This document shows positions 9,252 to 19,441 of a stretch of 64,000 nt of DNA, one piece after another. The first letter of the stretch is position 1. Each line of letters opens with the position of its first letter. The translations under genes were made by a program, and so were the position numbers. Source of the DNA: Candidatus Kuenenia stuttgartensis (GTDB lineage: Bacteria; Planctomycetota; Planctomycetia; Pirellulales; UBA1268); contig CAMCCR010000001.1 of NCBI GenBank assembly GCA_945873085.1, positions 748 through 64,747 of the forward strand. The letters run 5' to 3'. The notes beneath the pieces were generated by a model. It worked only from the letters and a program-made list of their open reading frames with translations, was not told the origin of the DNA and did not search any database.

Positions 9252-12137
9252 TCAGGTGGCCGGAGCGTCACCGCCGGTTACAGGAGCGTCACCACCGGTT
9301 GCGATGGGGCCGCCGCCCGCCAGCGGTGCATCACCGCCGTCGACCGGCGCATCCCCCTCAGTGGGATCGCCCTCCTCCTGCTCGCTCGCCGGTACCGGCA
9401 CGACAGCCGCCAGCGTGTCGCCGTCATCCAGACGCATGATCCTCACCCCTTGGGTGTTGCGACCGATGGACTTGATCTCGGCGACGTTCACCCGCTGGAT
9501 CTTGCCGCGTGAGGTCATCATCAAGACCTGATCGCCATCCTTGACGGCCACCACCGAAACAACTTCGCCGTTGCGCTGCGTGGCCTTGATGTCACGCACG
9601 CCCTTGCCGCCACGGTGCTGGGTGCGGTAGCGCATGCCACTCGATCCGCCGTCGCCCCCCTCATCCCCGGCGCCGTCGTCGGCATCGGCGACCACGACGT
9701 CGACGGCTTCTCCCTCGCCGTCACCGTCTGGGCCGGGACCGGTGAGTTCCGTCCCCGGGCCGAACGGCGTCCGCTTGCCGTAGCCGTGGGTGCACACGGT
9801 GAGAAGCGTCGCCTCGGGGTCGGCCACCACCATCCCCACGAGACGGTCGCCCGAGGAAAGCTTGATCCCGCGGACGCCGCTGGTGTCGCGCCCCATCGGA
9901 CGGGCGTCGGATTCGGGAAAGCGGATCGCCATCCCCTTCGCCGTGGAGAGGACGAGTTCGTCCCCCGGCCGCGTGATCACGGCGTCGACGAGTTCGTCGC
10001 CGTCGCGGAGCTTGACGGCAATCAGCCCCTTCGTGCGCCGACGCTTGTATTCCTCGAGCGGAGTCTTCTTCACGACCCCGCTGCGGGTGGCGAGCATGAG
10101 AAACTGCCCCGAATCCTCGAAGCCCGACACGGCGCGGCAGTCGGCCACCTTCTCCCCCTTCTCGAACTCGAGGAGGTTGACCAGCGCCCGTCCCTTGGCG
10201 TCACGGGCGAGCTCAGGCAGCTCGAAGACGCGGAGCGTGAACACCTTTCCGTGCGTCGTGAAAACGAGGAGGAAGTCATGGGTGCTGGCGACGAAGAGGT
10301 GCTCGATCGGATCCTCTTCGTCGCTCCGGGCACCGGTCAGCCCCTTGCCACCGCGGCGCTGGGCCCGGTAGGTGTCGGCGGCCGTGCGCTTCACATACCC
10401 GGCCCGGCTGATCGTCACGACCATCGTCGCTTCGGTGATCAGTTCGGCCATGTCGCGGATGTCACCCGCCTCGCCACTGATCTCGGTGCGCCGGTCATCC
10501 CCGTGCTTCTCGGCGAGTTCGCTGAGCTCGGCACGGATCACGCCGCGGATGTTCGTCTCGCTTGCGAGGAGCCGCCGGAAGTCACCGATCTTGCCGAGCA
10601 ACTCCCGGTGTTCGCCGGAGAGTTTCTCCTGCTCGAGATTGACCAATTGCCCGAGGGTGAGGCGGAGAATGGCATCTGCCTGGACGGGCGAGAGGCCATA
10701 GGCCTCCGACACTCCACGCTCCTCTTGGAGCACCGCGAAGCCCTCCGAGCCGAGAGCGCGTTCGAGGAGCGCCGCCGGCGCCTCGATCTTCGTGAGGCGT
10801 TCCTTGGCTTCGGCTTGGGAGCGGGAACTGCGGATGATCCGGATCACCTCGTCGAGGTTTGCCAGCGCCACGAGCAACCCCTCGAGGGTGTGCTTGCGGC
10901 TGCGGGCCTTCTGGAGGAGGTGCTGGGTGCGCCGGCGGAGGACTGCCGTGCGGTGACGGAGGAACTCCTCGAGGATGTTCTTGAACGTGAGGATCCGCGG
11001 CTTGCCGTCAACCAGCGCCAAGAAGATGAGCGAGAAGGTCGTCTGGAGCGGGGAGAACTGGTAGAGCTGGTTGAGCACGACGTCGGGATCGGCGTCACGC
11101 TTCAGTTCCAGCACCAACCGGACCGGCTCCTTGAGGTCGCTCTCGTTACGGATCGCCGAGATCCCCCGGATCCGGTCTTCATTGACCAATTCGGCGATCT
11201 TTTCCTCGATCGCGTCGCGAGACTGCTGGTAGGGCACTTCTGTGACGACGATCCGGGTCCGGTTCTTGCCGAACTCCTCGACCGTGGCCCGGGCCCGGAG
11301 GGTGATCGTGCTCCGGCCAGTGGCGTAGCCACGTGCCAGCGCCTCCCGCCCCATCACGATCCCGCCGGTGGGGAAGTCGGGGCCGGGGACGATCTGCAGC
11401 AGTTGGCCGAGGCCGATGCCGGGATCATCGATCAGCGCCACCAGCGCCCGGCAGACCTCGCCGAGGTTGTGAGGGGGAATACTCGTCGCCATGCCGACGG
11501 CGATGCCGCCGGCGCCGTTGACGAGGAGATTGGGGAATCGCCCCGGCAGGACCACCGGCTCGGTGTTCCGCTCGTCGTAGGTCGGCACGTAGTCGACGGT
11601 GTCGAGTTCGAGGTCGTCGAGCAGCATCGCCGAGATCGGCGACAGACGGGCCTCCGTGTACCGCATGGCGGCCGCGGGCAGGCCGGCGATCGAGCCGAAG
11701 TTTCCCTGCTTATCGATGAGCACGTGCCGCATGTTCCATTCCTGGGCCATGCGCACGAGCGTGGGATAGATGACGCTCTCGCCGTGCGGGTGGTAGTTGC
11801 CGCTGGTGTCGCCGGAGATCTTGGCGCACTTCACCCGCGCCGCCCCGGGGGAGAGATTGAGGTCGTTCATCGCCACGAGGATGCGGCGCTGCGAGGGCTT
11901 GAGCCCATCGCGGACGTCGGGCAGGGCCCGGGCCACGATGACGCTCATCGCATAGGTCAGGTAGCTGTCCTTGAGCTCCTGCTCGATCGGCAGTTCGATC
12001 AGCCGACCGCCGGCGCTGTCACGGAGCACGCCCGCTTCGGAGGCGTTATCGACGGCGTCTTGGCCGCGCTGGCCCTCGGCCCCTTCCGGAGGCCCACCGG
12101 GCCCCGGCTCTTGGTCGTCCGAATGCTCGTCTGCCAA
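9252..12137 (-). CDS. gyrA: DNA gyrase subunit A
   Basis: [31 protein letters not shown], the active-site Tyr region [10 protein letters not shown], and the GyrA box QRRGGKG. Start uncertain: TTG 12137 (preceded by GGGAGAG) or GTG 12029, which gives an E. coli-like N-terminal length. The remainder of track ORF 9252..13289 is upstream read-through. Confidence 0.95.
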   Translation of the reverse strand: MADEHSDDQEPGPGGPPEGAEGQRGQDAVDNASEAGVLRDSAGGRLIELPIEQELKDSYLTYAMSVIVARALPDVRDGLKPSQRRILVAMNDLNLSPGAARVKCAKISGDTSGNYHPHGESVIYPTLVRMAQEWNMRHVLIDKQGNFGSIAGLPAAAMRYTEARLSPISAMLLDDLELDTVDYVPTYDERNTEPVVLPGRFPNLLVNGAGGIAVGMATSIPPHNLGEVCRALVALIDDPGIGLGQLLQIVPGPDFPTGGIVMGREALARGYATGRSTITLRARATVEEFGKNRTRIVVTEVPYQQSRDAIEEKIAELVNEDRIRGISAIRNESDLKEPVRLVLELKRDADPDVVLNQLYQFSPLQTTFSLIFLALVDGKPRILTFKNILEEFLRHRTAVLRRRTQHLLQKARSRKHTLEGLLVALANLDEVIRIIRSSRSQAEAKERLTKIEAPAALLERALGSEGFAVLQEERGVSEAYGLSPVQADAILRLTLGQLVNLEQEKLSGEHRELLGKIGDFRRLLASETNIRGVIRAELSELAEKHGDDRRTEISGEAGDIRDMAELITEATMVVTISRAGYVKRTAADTYRAQRRGGKGLTGARSDEEDPIEHLFVASTHDFLLVFTTHGKVFTLRVFELPELARDAKGRALVNLLEFEKGEKVADCRAVSGFEDSGQFLMLATRSGVVKKTPLEEYKRRRTKGLIAVKLRDGDELVDAVITRPGDELVLSTAKGMAIRFPESDARPMGRDTSGVRGIKLSSGDRLVGMVVADPEATLLTVCTHGYGKRTPFGPGTELTGPGPDGDGEGEAVDVVVADADDGAGDEGGDGGSSGMRYRTQHRGGKGVRDIKATQRNGEVVSVVAVKDGDQVLMMTSRGKIQRVNVAEIKSIGRNTQGVRIMRLDDGDTLAAVVPVPASEQEEGDPTEGDAPVDGGDAPLAGGGPIATGGDAPVTGGDAPAT

Positions 12138-12278
12138 CGGCCACTCTCCCAGCTTCGGCGTCGGCGGGAAACCGCCGTAAAAGCCTGAAGATACCTGTCT
12201 GGCAAGCTGGGTCAACCGGACGCGGAACGTCGCCAAACCGGGGCCGTTTGCGGACCGGTCGGGGGGGGACCGGATGGC

Positions 12279-12307
12279 TTGACCCGCCGGGTGGCTCCCC
12301 CTACTGT
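12279..12307 (+). promoter_or_regulatory. candidate sigma70-like promoter for the glycosyltransferase cassette
   Basis: TTGACC (12279-12284), 17-nt spacer, TACTGT (12302-12307), about 65 nt upstream of GTG 12375. Weak -10 element; pattern match only. Confidence 0.2.
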
Positions 12308-12374
12308 CCGCTCCCCGCGCGACCGCCAGGAGCCGCGGTCCTGTTCGCTTGCCCCCCCGGGAAGGTGCCCTGCC

Positions 12375-14189
12375 GTGATCCCGCCGCGCCTGCATGCCGC
12401 CGTCGTCGCTGCCGCCGCTGCGCTGGTCCTCCTCACGAATCTGGGGGGACCGGCGCTCTGGGACGAGGACGAACCGAAGAACGCCGCCTGTTCGCTGGCG
12501 ATGCTCGAGCGGGGCGACTGGGTCGTCCCGACGTTCAACGGCCGCCTCCGCGTGGAAAAACCGGCGCTGGTCAACTGGGTCCATCTGGCCGGCTTCGCCG
12601 TTGCCGGCCGCAACGAAACCGGCGCCCGCCTCGGTTCGGCCATCCTCACGACCCTCACCTGCCTGCTCGTTTGGCGGATCGGCAGGATCGGCTTTGGAGC
12701 CCACGCCGGACTGCTCGCCGGGTTGGCCATGGCCACCTGCGTCTGGACGGCCGTGGGGGGGCGATCGGCCACTCCGGACGCCCCGCTCGTCTTCTTCACA
12801 ACCCTCGGGTTGTGGTGCTTCGTGACGGGCCAGCGGCCGACGGAAGGGCGTCTCGGCCCGGGCTGGAGTTCGTGGCGGAGTGCCTGCGCCTGCGGCGCTG
12901 CCCTCGGGTGTGCCGTGCTCGCCAAAGGGCCGCTGGGCTTGGTCATGCCGCTCGTCGCCTTCATCGCCTTCACACTCTGGCAGGCCTTGGATGACCAGGC
13001 TTCCGCCGTCCCCCCCATCCCCTGGATCCCCCGACTGTGGCGGGCCGTCGTAGGCCTCCGCCTCCCGTTGGTGGCGGGAACGGCGGCGGCCGTCGCCCTC
13101 CCCTGGTACGCCGCGGTCACGATCCGCACCGGCGGCGCGTGGCTCGAGGGTTTCCTGTTCGTCCACAACGTCGGCCGATTCCAGGCACCGATGGAGGGGC
13201 ACGACGGATCGGCGTTCATCTACTACCCGGCCGTCCTCGCGATCGGCTTCTTTCCGTGGTCGATCGTGCTCGCCGCGGCGCTCGTCCACGCCGCTGCGAT
13301 CGTCGGCCCCACAGCCAGACCCGTCGGAGGGCCGGCTGCAGCGCGGCGGGATGCGATCCGACTGATGATCTGCTGGCTGGCGACCTGGGTGATCGCCTTT
13401 TCTTCAGCCGGCACGAAACTTCCCGGCTACATCTGGCCCGCCTACCCGGCGCTGGCGGTGATCACCGGCGACCTTCTCGCCTCGTGGGCGGCCGGCGAAG
13501 CGATCTGCACCCGGTGGTGCCGCGTGCCAAGCGCGGCGATCGATGGGGTGATGCGGTTGGCGTGGTCCATTCTGTTCCTCGCCGGGATCGGGATCGGGAT
13601 CGGCTTGGCACTCGCTTCCGCCCTAGGGATCCCCGCGTTGCAGCAACTCTCACCGATCGGCCTGATCCCGGCGGCCGGGGCCGTAGCGGCCTGGACCCTC
13701 CAATCCAGGGGACGACGCCAGGATGCCCTCGGGGCGCTCGCGATCAGCGCCTGCCTGGTGGTCACGCTGCTGGCGGCCGTCGGCAGCGATCTGGTTGGGG
13801 GGGCCCGTGCCGCCCAGCGCCTCGTCGACGGGCTTGCGGCACGTCCCGTGGCGGGGGCCTGGGCCGGATTCGGGAGCGTTCCGCCGAGCGTCGTTTTCTA
13901 TGCCGCCGACACGATCCCCCAACTGCACTCCACCGAGGCGGTCAGCGCCCATCTCGAGGGGCGGCCCGATGCCCACCTCCTCGTCGATGCCCGCTTCGAG
14001 ATGAACCTTCCTTCCCCCCTGCCCCCGGGCTACGGGGTCATTGCCAGAGAACGTCCCCTGTTTGGCCCCGGCCTGCTCGTCATCGGCCCCCGCGCCGAGC
14101 CCCAAGAGCACGGCGATCCGATCGCTGCCCCACACGCCCAGAGTCCGGAGACCCCCCTGGCATGGCACGCCCCAGCCCCGACCCCATGA
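12375..14189 (+). CDS. ArnT/PMT_2-like GT-C family glycosyltransferase (paralog 1)
   Basis: Multi-TM protein with LWDEDEPKNAACSLAMLERGDWVVPTFNGRLRVEKPALVNW, resembling the ArnT first periplasmic loop. Start at GTG 12375, preceded by GGAAGG. The track start TTG 12279 coincides with the putative -35 element. Confidence 0.8.
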   Translation: MIPPRLHAAVVAAAAALVLLTNLGGPALWDEDEPKNAACSLAMLERGDWVVPTFNGRLRVEKPALVNWVHLAGFAVAGRNETGARLGSAILTTLTCLLVWRIGRIGFGAHAGLLAGLAMATCVWTAVGGRSATPDAPLVFFTTLGLWCFVTGQRPTEGRLGPGWSSWRSACACGAALGCAVLAKGPLGLVMPLVAFIAFTLWQALDDQASAVPPIPWIPRLWRAVVGLRLPLVAGTAAAVALPWYAAVTIRTGGAWLEGFLFVHNVGRFQAPMEGHDGSAFIYYPAVLAIGFFPWSIVLAAALVHAAAIVGPTARPVGGPAAARRDAIRLMICWLATWVIAFSSAGTKLPGYIWPAYPALAVITGDLLASWAAGEAICTRWCRVPSAAIDGVMRLAWSILFLAGIGIGIGLALASALGIPALQQLSPIGLIPAAGAVAAWTLQSRGRRQDALGALAISACLVVTLLAAVGSDLVGGARAAQRLVDGLAARPVAGAWAGFGSVPPSVVFYAADTIPQLHSTEAVSAHLEGRPDAHLLVDARFEMNLPSPLPPGYGVIARERPLFGPGLLVIGPRAEPQEHGDPIAAPHAQSPETPLAWHAPAPTP

Positions 14190-16018
14190 ACAGCCACACC
14201 ACCGCCAGCGGCCCCTCTGGCAATGGCCCGATGCCCGTCGCCCAGACGACCGCCGGGGACGGCACCACACTGCGACACCCGCTGGTGGTGGTCGTCGTCG
14301 CCGCCGCGGTGACGCTGGCGGTCGGCTTTGCGCCGATGCCGTTCTGGGACGAGGACGAACCGCGGTTCGCCGCCATCGCCCGGACGATGCTCGAGACGGG
14401 CGACTGGGTGGTGCCGATGTACAACGACACGCTCGCCGTCGACAAGCCGGTGCTCATGCACTGGTGCATGGCGGCCTGCTACCGGCTGTTTGGGGTCTCC
14501 GAGATCCCCGCCCGGATCCCCTCGGCGTTGGCAGCGCTCGCGACGGCGCTGGCGCTGCTCCGCGCCGGCACGGCCTGGTTCTCCGTTCGGACGGGCGTCG
14601 TGGCGGCGCTGGCCTGGATCGGCTGCCTCCTGGTCGGAATCGAATCGCACGCCGCCACCCCGGACGCGATCCTCACTGCGCTGACGACCTGGATGACGGT
14701 CCTCGCCACCGAGCCGCTCCTCCGCGCCGCGACCGCCGGCTCCCAGGGCACGTCGATGCCGCGGCTCTCCGCTGGTAAGGCGGCTCTGGTCGGAGCCCTC
14801 GGCGGCCTCGCGGTTCTCTGCAAGGGACCAGTCGGCTTCGTCGGCCCGTTGGCGGTGATCCTCCCGTGGGTCACGGCCATCGAATGGCAGGCCCGCCGTG
14901 ATCCGTCGGCGTCGGTCGGCCGGCAGATGCTGACTGCGATCCGGGCCGGCTTCGGGTCCGTGGCGTTCATCCGTCCGGTGATCCTCACCCTCGTGATGCT
15001 GGCTGTCGCCGCCCCGTGGTATGTCGCTGTCGGCCTCCGGACCAACGGGGAGTGGCCGGCAGGGTTTTTTCTGATTCACAACGTCGGCCGCTTCGCAGCC
15101 CCAATGGAGAATCACAGCGGCGGCATCTTCTTCCACCTCCTGGCGATGCTCGTCGGCTTCTACCCCTGGTCTTGCTTCCTCCCCTTCGCGATCGTCGTGG
15201 CGACCTGGCGGGCGACCAGCACCGACGCTTCCTCACTCGAGCGGCGCGGCCTCGGCCTGGCCCTTCTCTGGCTGCTGGTGTGGGTCGGTGCCTTCTCGCT
15301 GGCGGCGACGAAGCTGCCCAACTACGTCCTTCCCGCCTATCCTGCCGCCGCCCTCGTCGTCGCCGCGACGGCCACGCGCCTGGTCAACCGCGGATCGGTT
15401 GCCATGCCCCGGTGGCTTGCGGCCGGCCTCGGATGGGTTGTTTTCGGCGGCGTGGCCACCGTGGCCACGATCCTCGTGGTCGGCCGATTCGGCGTAGCCG
15501 GAGCGACCCCGGCGGCGCTGGTCGGCCTCGTTCCGATCCTCGGCGCCGCGGCGTGCTGGTGGGGTGCCCGCAGCGGGCGATTCGATCCCTTGGCTGCGAT
15601 GGTCGGCTTGTCGCTGGTCTACACGGGCCTGGCCGTCGGCCCGGCCGCGGCGCGGATCGCCGGAGCGAATGCGTTGCCCGGCCTCGTCGAGCAGGCCCAT
15701 CGTCATGCCGGAGGAACGGCCCGGCTGTCGACCTACGGGCAGAACACCCCAAACGTCGTCTACTACGCCCGAGGCCATGTCAACGAATGGCGGCCTGAGC
15801 AGGCCGACCGGGCGATCGCCGACCTTTCCACCGGCGACTCCTCCATCCTCCTGGTCACGGAGGAGGGTCTGCGGACGATCGAATCGAATCTGCCGTCTGG
15901 CACTGGAATCGTGGGCCGCGTCCGCCCGCTCTTCAAGGATGGAGACTTCCTCCTCATCGGCAGGACAGACGCCCCCGCGCCGCGACAGGCCGCCGCTACG
16001 GAGAGCCTCACACGATGA
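14186..16018 (+). CDS. ArnT/PMT_2-like GT-C family glycosyltransferase (paralog 2)
   Basis: ATG 14186 overlaps the stop of paralog 1 (ATGA). FWDEDEPRFAAIARTMLETGDWVVPMYNDTLAVDKPVLMHW, FLIHNVGRFAAPMENH and ATKLPNYVLPAYPA parallel paralog 1. The upstream 383 codons of track ORF 13037..16018 are out-of-frame overlap with paralog 1. Confidence 0.85.
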   Translation: MNSHTTASGPSGNGPMPVAQTTAGDGTTLRHPLVVVVVAAAVTLAVGFAPMPFWDEDEPRFAAIARTMLETGDWVVPMYNDTLAVDKPVLMHWCMAACYRLFGVSEIPARIPSALAALATALALLRAGTAWFSVRTGVVAALAWIGCLLVGIESHAATPDAILTALTTWMTVLATEPLLRAATAGSQGTSMPRLSAGKAALVGALGGLAVLCKGPVGFVGPLAVILPWVTAIEWQARRDPSASVGRQMLTAIRAGFGSVAFIRPVILTLVMLAVAAPWYVAVGLRTNGEWPAGFFLIHNVGRFAAPMENHSGGIFFHLLAMLVGFYPWSCFLPFAIVVATWRATSTDASSLERRGLGLALLWLLVWVGAFSLAATKLPNYVLPAYPAAALVVAATATRLVNRGSVAMPRWLAAGLGWVVFGGVATVATILVVGRFGVAGATPAALVGLVPILGAAACWWGARSGRFDPLAAMVGLSLVYTGLAVGPAAARIAGANALPGLVEQAHRHAGGTARLSTYGQNTPNVVYYARGHVNEWRPEQADRAIADLSTGDSSILLVTEEGLRTIESNLPSGTGIVGRVRPLFKDGDFLLIGRTDAPAPRQAAATESLTR

Positions 16019-17058
16019 CCACCAAACCCTCGTCCGAGCATGGCCCCGACATCCTGCCGCACCGCCCGCTCAACCGGGCCCGCCCCGCCTCTCGGGGCCT
16101 GCTGTCGATCGTCATCCCCTGCCACAACGAGGAGGAGGTGATCGAGTCGACCCATCGCCGGCTCGTGGCGGCACTCCCGTCGACAGGGATGGATTTCGAG
16201 ATCCTCTACATCGACGACGGCAGCCGCGATCGAACCCTCTCCCGCCTCGAGGCGATCGCGGCGGCCGATCCCCGCGCGACGGTCATCGAGTTGTCGCGGA
16301 ACTTCGGCCAGCAGTCGGCGATGTCGGCCGGGCTGGCACGGGCCCGCGGCGACGCGGTCGTGATCATCGATGCCGATCTCCAGGATCCTCCCGAGGTGAT
16401 CCCCGAGATGGTCGAGTGCTGGCGGTCCGGAGCCGACGTGGCCTACGGTCGGCGGCGGTCGCGCGAAGGGGAAACGTGGTTCAAACTCATCACTGCGAGT
16501 TGCTTCCACCGCTTCTTCGCGAGCCTCGTTCCCTATCCGATCCCGGTCGACACCGGCGACTTCAAGCTCCTCGACAGGGCCGTGGTCGACGCCGTCTGCA
16601 GCCTGCCGGAGAAGCGCCGCTACCTCCGCTCACTCGTGGCCTGGACCGGCTTCCGGCAGGAGCCTGTCTGGTACGACCGGCACGCCCGCTCGGCCGGCGA
16701 GACGAAGTACTCGACCAGGAAATTGATCCGCCTGGCGATCGATGCGGTCATGCTCTCCTCCGACACGCCCCTGCGGGCCGCCTGGTGGGCGGCCGGACTG
16801 CTGGCAACCGTCGGCGTCGGCTGCACGCTGCTGGCATGTCTGATGCCCACCGGCGACGGGTCGCTCGTATCGGCGATCGCCGCGGTGGTCACCCTGGCGG
16901 GGGCGATCCAGACCTCCGCGGTCGCCATCGTCGGCGAATATGTCGTCCGCACCTACCGCGAGGTTCAGGGCCGCCCCTCATGGGTCGTGAAGCGGACGAT
17001 CGACGGGGAAGGCGCCGCAGCAGCGCACTCCGATAGCCCCGGATCGCGAGCGGCCTGA
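16015..17058 (+). CDS. polyprenyl-phosphate sugar transferase, GT2 family (ArnC/GtrB/DPM-synthase-like)
   Basis: LSIVIPCHNEE, YIDDGSRD and IIDADLQDPPE (DxD), with two C-terminal TM helices. ATGA overlap with the preceding GT-C gene. Confidence 0.9.
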   Translation: MTTKPSSEHGPDILPHRPLNRARPASRGLLSIVIPCHNEEEVIESTHRRLVAALPSTGMDFEILYIDDGSRDRTLSRLEAIAAADPRATVIELSRNFGQQSAMSAGLARARGDAVVIIDADLQDPPEVIPEMVECWRSGADVAYGRRRSREGETWFKLITASCFHRFFASLVPYPIPVDTGDFKLLDRAVVDAVCSLPEKRRYLRSLVAWTGFRQEPVWYDRHARSAGETKYSTRKLIRLAIDAVMLSSDTPLRAAWWAAGLLATVGVGCTLLACLMPTGDGSLVSAIAAVVTLAGAIQTSAVAIVGEYVVRTYREVQGRPSWVVKRTIDGEGAAAAHSDSPGSRAA

Positions 17059-17086
17059 AATCCCTCACTCCGCCCACTCACCTGCG

Positions 17087-17120
17087 CCCCTGTTCCCGCC
17101 TTGAGCGGCAGGAACAGGGG
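17087..17120. terminator. hairpin between convergent GT2 and glutathione peroxidase genes
   Basis: Perfect 10-bp stem CCCCTGTTCC (17087-17096) / GGAACAGGGG (17111-17120), plus 3 further inner base pairs. It lies 29 nt after the GT2 stop and 38 nt after the gpx stop. No U-tract. Confidence 0.4.
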
Positions 17121-17157
17121 GCAGGGAACGGTTCGAGAGCGCGGGAATCCGCCGCGA

Positions 17158-17715
17158 TCACTTCTTCAGTTCGGCCTCGATCGCCTTCACGAAGGCCTGG
17201 TCGTCGGGCTTCACCTGCGTGGCGAAGCGGCCGCTGATCGCGCCGTCCTTGCCGATGATGAACTTCTCGAAGTTCCACTTCACGTCGCCGTTCGGCTTGG
17301 CTTGGGTGGTGAGCGTCTTGTAGAGGGGCGACTGGCCGTCCCCCTTCACTTTGACCTTCGAGAACATGTCGAACGTGACGTTGTACTTCGAGCTGCAGAA
17401 CTTGGAGATCTCCGCATCGGACCCGGGCTCCTGGGAGCCGAACTCGTTGGCGGGGAAGCCAAGGATCACGAACCCTTGATCTTTGTAGGTGTCGTAGAGC
17501 TTCTGCAGGCCGGCGTACTGGGGCGTGGCGCCACATTGGCTGGCGACGTTGACGATGACGACGACCTTCCCCTTGTAGTCGGCGAGATCGACCTCGGTGC
17601 CGTCGATCTTCTTGACCTTACCGACCAGCGGGGAATCAGCCAGCGCCGTTGAAACGGAGACTGCGCCGGCGAGGACCGCGAGGAGGAGACTGCAGGTGAG
17701 GCTGCGGAGGTTCAT
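17158..17715 (-). CDS. glutathione peroxidase (Cys-type, with signal peptide)
   Basis: VNVASQCGATPQY with an ordinary Cys codon, LGFPANEFGSQEPG and KWNFEKFIIG. Start at ATG 17715 gives the signal peptide MNLRSLTCSLLLAVLAGAVSVSTALA; the track ORF extends to 17904. Confidence 0.9.
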   Translation of the reverse strand: MNLRSLTCSLLLAVLAGAVSVSTALADSPLVGKVKKIDGTEVDLADYKGKVVVIVNVASQCGATPQYAGLQKLYDTYKDQGFVILGFPANEFGSQEPGSDAEISKFCSSKYNVTFDMFSKVKVKGDGQSPLYKTLTTQAKPNGDVKWNFEKFIIGKDGAISGRFATQVKPDDQAFVKAIEAELKK

Positions 17716-17787
17716 TGATCGGTTCCATGGGATGGGCCACATACCATGGAGCGACATTGCTCCGGGCACGGGCAGACAACGACCCAA

Positions 17788-17817
17788 ATGGTAGGGGGGA
17801 TCGGCGAAGCGTGTCAA
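17788..17817 (-). promoter_or_regulatory. candidate sigma70-like promoter for glutathione peroxidase gene
   Basis: Minus strand: TTGACA (17817-17812), 18-nt spacer, TACCAT (17793-17788). A T7 run immediately precedes it, just downstream of the pckA stop. Pattern match only. Confidence 0.3.
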
Positions 17818-17854
17818 AAAAACTCGCTCGCCAGGGGTGTCCGGCCGGCCAAGG

Positions 17855-19438
17855 CTAGCCCTGCGGGCCGGCGGCCACGACGTCGGCGCCGGCTTGCTCG
17901 GCATACTGGGAAAAATTCTCCCGGAACTTCGCCGCCAACGATCGAGCGGCCCGCTCCCACTGACGGGGATCGGCCCACGCCCGTGCCGGGACGAGGAGCT
18001 GTGGCGAAACCCCCGGCACCTCGGTGATGGCGTCGAGGCCGAAGACCGGATCGCGCTCCACCGCCGCCCGGTCGAGGGCGCCGCTGTGGATCGCGTCGAT
18101 GATCCGCCGCGTCGAGGCCAGGTCGATGCGTCGCCCTTGCCCGTAGGCGCCCCCGGTCCAGCCCGTGTTCACCAGCCACGCCTGGGCACCGTGGCGAGAG
18201 AGTTTCTCCGCCAGGAGCCGGGCATAGACGGCCGGGTGGCGAACGAGGAACGCGGCGCTGAAGCAGGTTGAGAACGTCACCTGCGGCTCCACCACCCCCA
18301 TCTCGGTTCCCGCGACCCGGGCGGTGTAGCCGGAGAGGAAGTGGTACATCGCTGTCTCGCGCGACAGGCGGCTGACCGGAGGGAGGACACCCGACGCGTC
18401 GCAGGTGAGGAAGATGCAGTGCCGCGGATGGCCGGCGACGCAGGGGATCAGCGCGTTGTCGATGAACTCGATCGGGTAGGCCGCCCGGGTGTTTTCGGTA
18501 ATCGCTGCGGATTCGAAGTCGACCTCCCGGGTGACGTTGTCGTAGACGACGTTCTCGAGCACCGTTCCGAAGCGGATCGCGGCGTGGATCTCCGGTTCCT
18601 TCGCCGCCGACAGGCCGATGCACTTGGCGTAGCACCCCCCCTCGATGTTGAACACGCCGTTGTCCCCCCAACCATGCTCGTCGTCCCCGATCAGCCGGCG
18701 GGCGGGATCGGCGGAGAGGGTCGTCTTGCCGGTGCCGGAGAGGCCGAAGAACAGCGAGACGTCCCCCCCTGCCCCTTTGTTGGCCGAGCAGTGCATCGAG
18801 AGCACGCCCCGTCCCGGCAGCAGCCAGTGCATGAGGGTGAACACCCCCTTCTTCATCTCGCCGGCATACTCGCTCCCCAGGATCACCTGCTCGCGCCGTT
18901 CGAGGGAGAGGTCGATGCTCGTCCGGCTGGCGATCTGCTCGGTGAGGACGTTGGCGGGGAACTGGCCGGCGTTGTAGATGACGTAATCGGGGCGGCCGAA
19001 CTGCTCCAATTCCGCAGCCGTGGGCCTGATGAGCATGTTGCGCATGTAGAGCGCGTGGTAGGCGCGGGCACAGATCACGCGGATCTTGACGCGACAGGAG
19101 GGATCCCAGCCGGCGAAGCCGTCGCAGACGTAGATCCGATCGCGGGTATTGAGGTAGTCGACCGCCCGCTGGCGATTAAGGAGGAAGGTGTGGTCGTCGA
19201 TCGGATGATTGACCGATCCCCACCACACCTCCCGCTCCGAAGCGGGATCACGAACGACATGCTTGTCCTTGGGGCTCCGCCCCGTCTTCGCCCCGGAACG
19301 GATGGCGATCGCCCCGCTGGCAACGATCCCGGCGCCCTCCCGTGTCACCGCCTCCTCGTAGAGGAACGCCGGCGGGGCGTTGCGGATCACCATCGGCGCG
19401 AGGATGTCGTGCTCGGAGAGGTCGATCGGGGGCGTCAT
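17855..19438 (-). CDS. pckA: phosphoenolpyruvate carboxykinase (ATP)
   Basis: GLSGTGKTTLS kinase-1a motif, IGDDEHGW and NIEGGCYAK. 527 aa. Confidence 0.95.
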   Translation of the reverse strand: MTPPIDLSEHDILAPMVIRNAPPAFLYEEAVTREGAGIVASGAIAIRSGAKTGRSPKDKHVVRDPASEREVWWGSVNHPIDDHTFLLNRQRAVDYLNTRDRIYVCDGFAGWDPSCRVKIRVICARAYHALYMRNMLIRPTAAELEQFGRPDYVIYNAGQFPANVLTEQIASRTSIDLSLERREQVILGSEYAGEMKKGVFTLMHWLLPGRGVLSMHCSANKGAGGDVSLFFGLSGTGKTTLSADPARRLIGDDEHGWGDNGVFNIEGGCYAKCIGLSAAKEPEIHAAIRFGTVLENVVYDNVTREVDFESAAITENTRAAYPIEFIDNALIPCVAGHPRHCIFLTCDASGVLPPVSRLSRETAMYHFLSGYTARVAGTEMGVVEPQVTFSTCFSAAFLVRHPAVYARLLAEKLSRHGAQAWLVNTGWTGGAYGQGRRIDLASTRRIIDAIHSGALDRAAVERDPVFGLDAITEVPGVSPQLLVPARAWADPRQWERAARSLAAKFRENFSQYAEQAGADVVAAGPQG

Positions 19439-19441
19439 GAT

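Noticed and set aside
9615-12188. 857-aa + strand ORF opposite gyrA
   Set aside because: Antisense shadow. The minus strand carries the diagnostic GyrA motifs.
12138-13289. N-terminal 384 codons of the 1345-aa minus-strand ORF 9252..13289
   Set aside because: Arg/Gly/Pro-rich read-through upstream of the real gyrA start. It overlaps the well-supported + strand GT-C gene.
13037-14185. Upstream 383 codons of + ORF 13037..16018
   Set aside because: Out-of-frame overlap with GT-C paralog 1 and Arg/Pro-rich. The real paralog 2 begins at ATG 14186, which overlaps the paralog 1 stop.
17158-17715. Possible selenocysteine in glutathione peroxidase
   Set aside because: The active site VASQCG is encoded with an ordinary Cys codon and no in-frame TGA, so it is not a selenoprotein.
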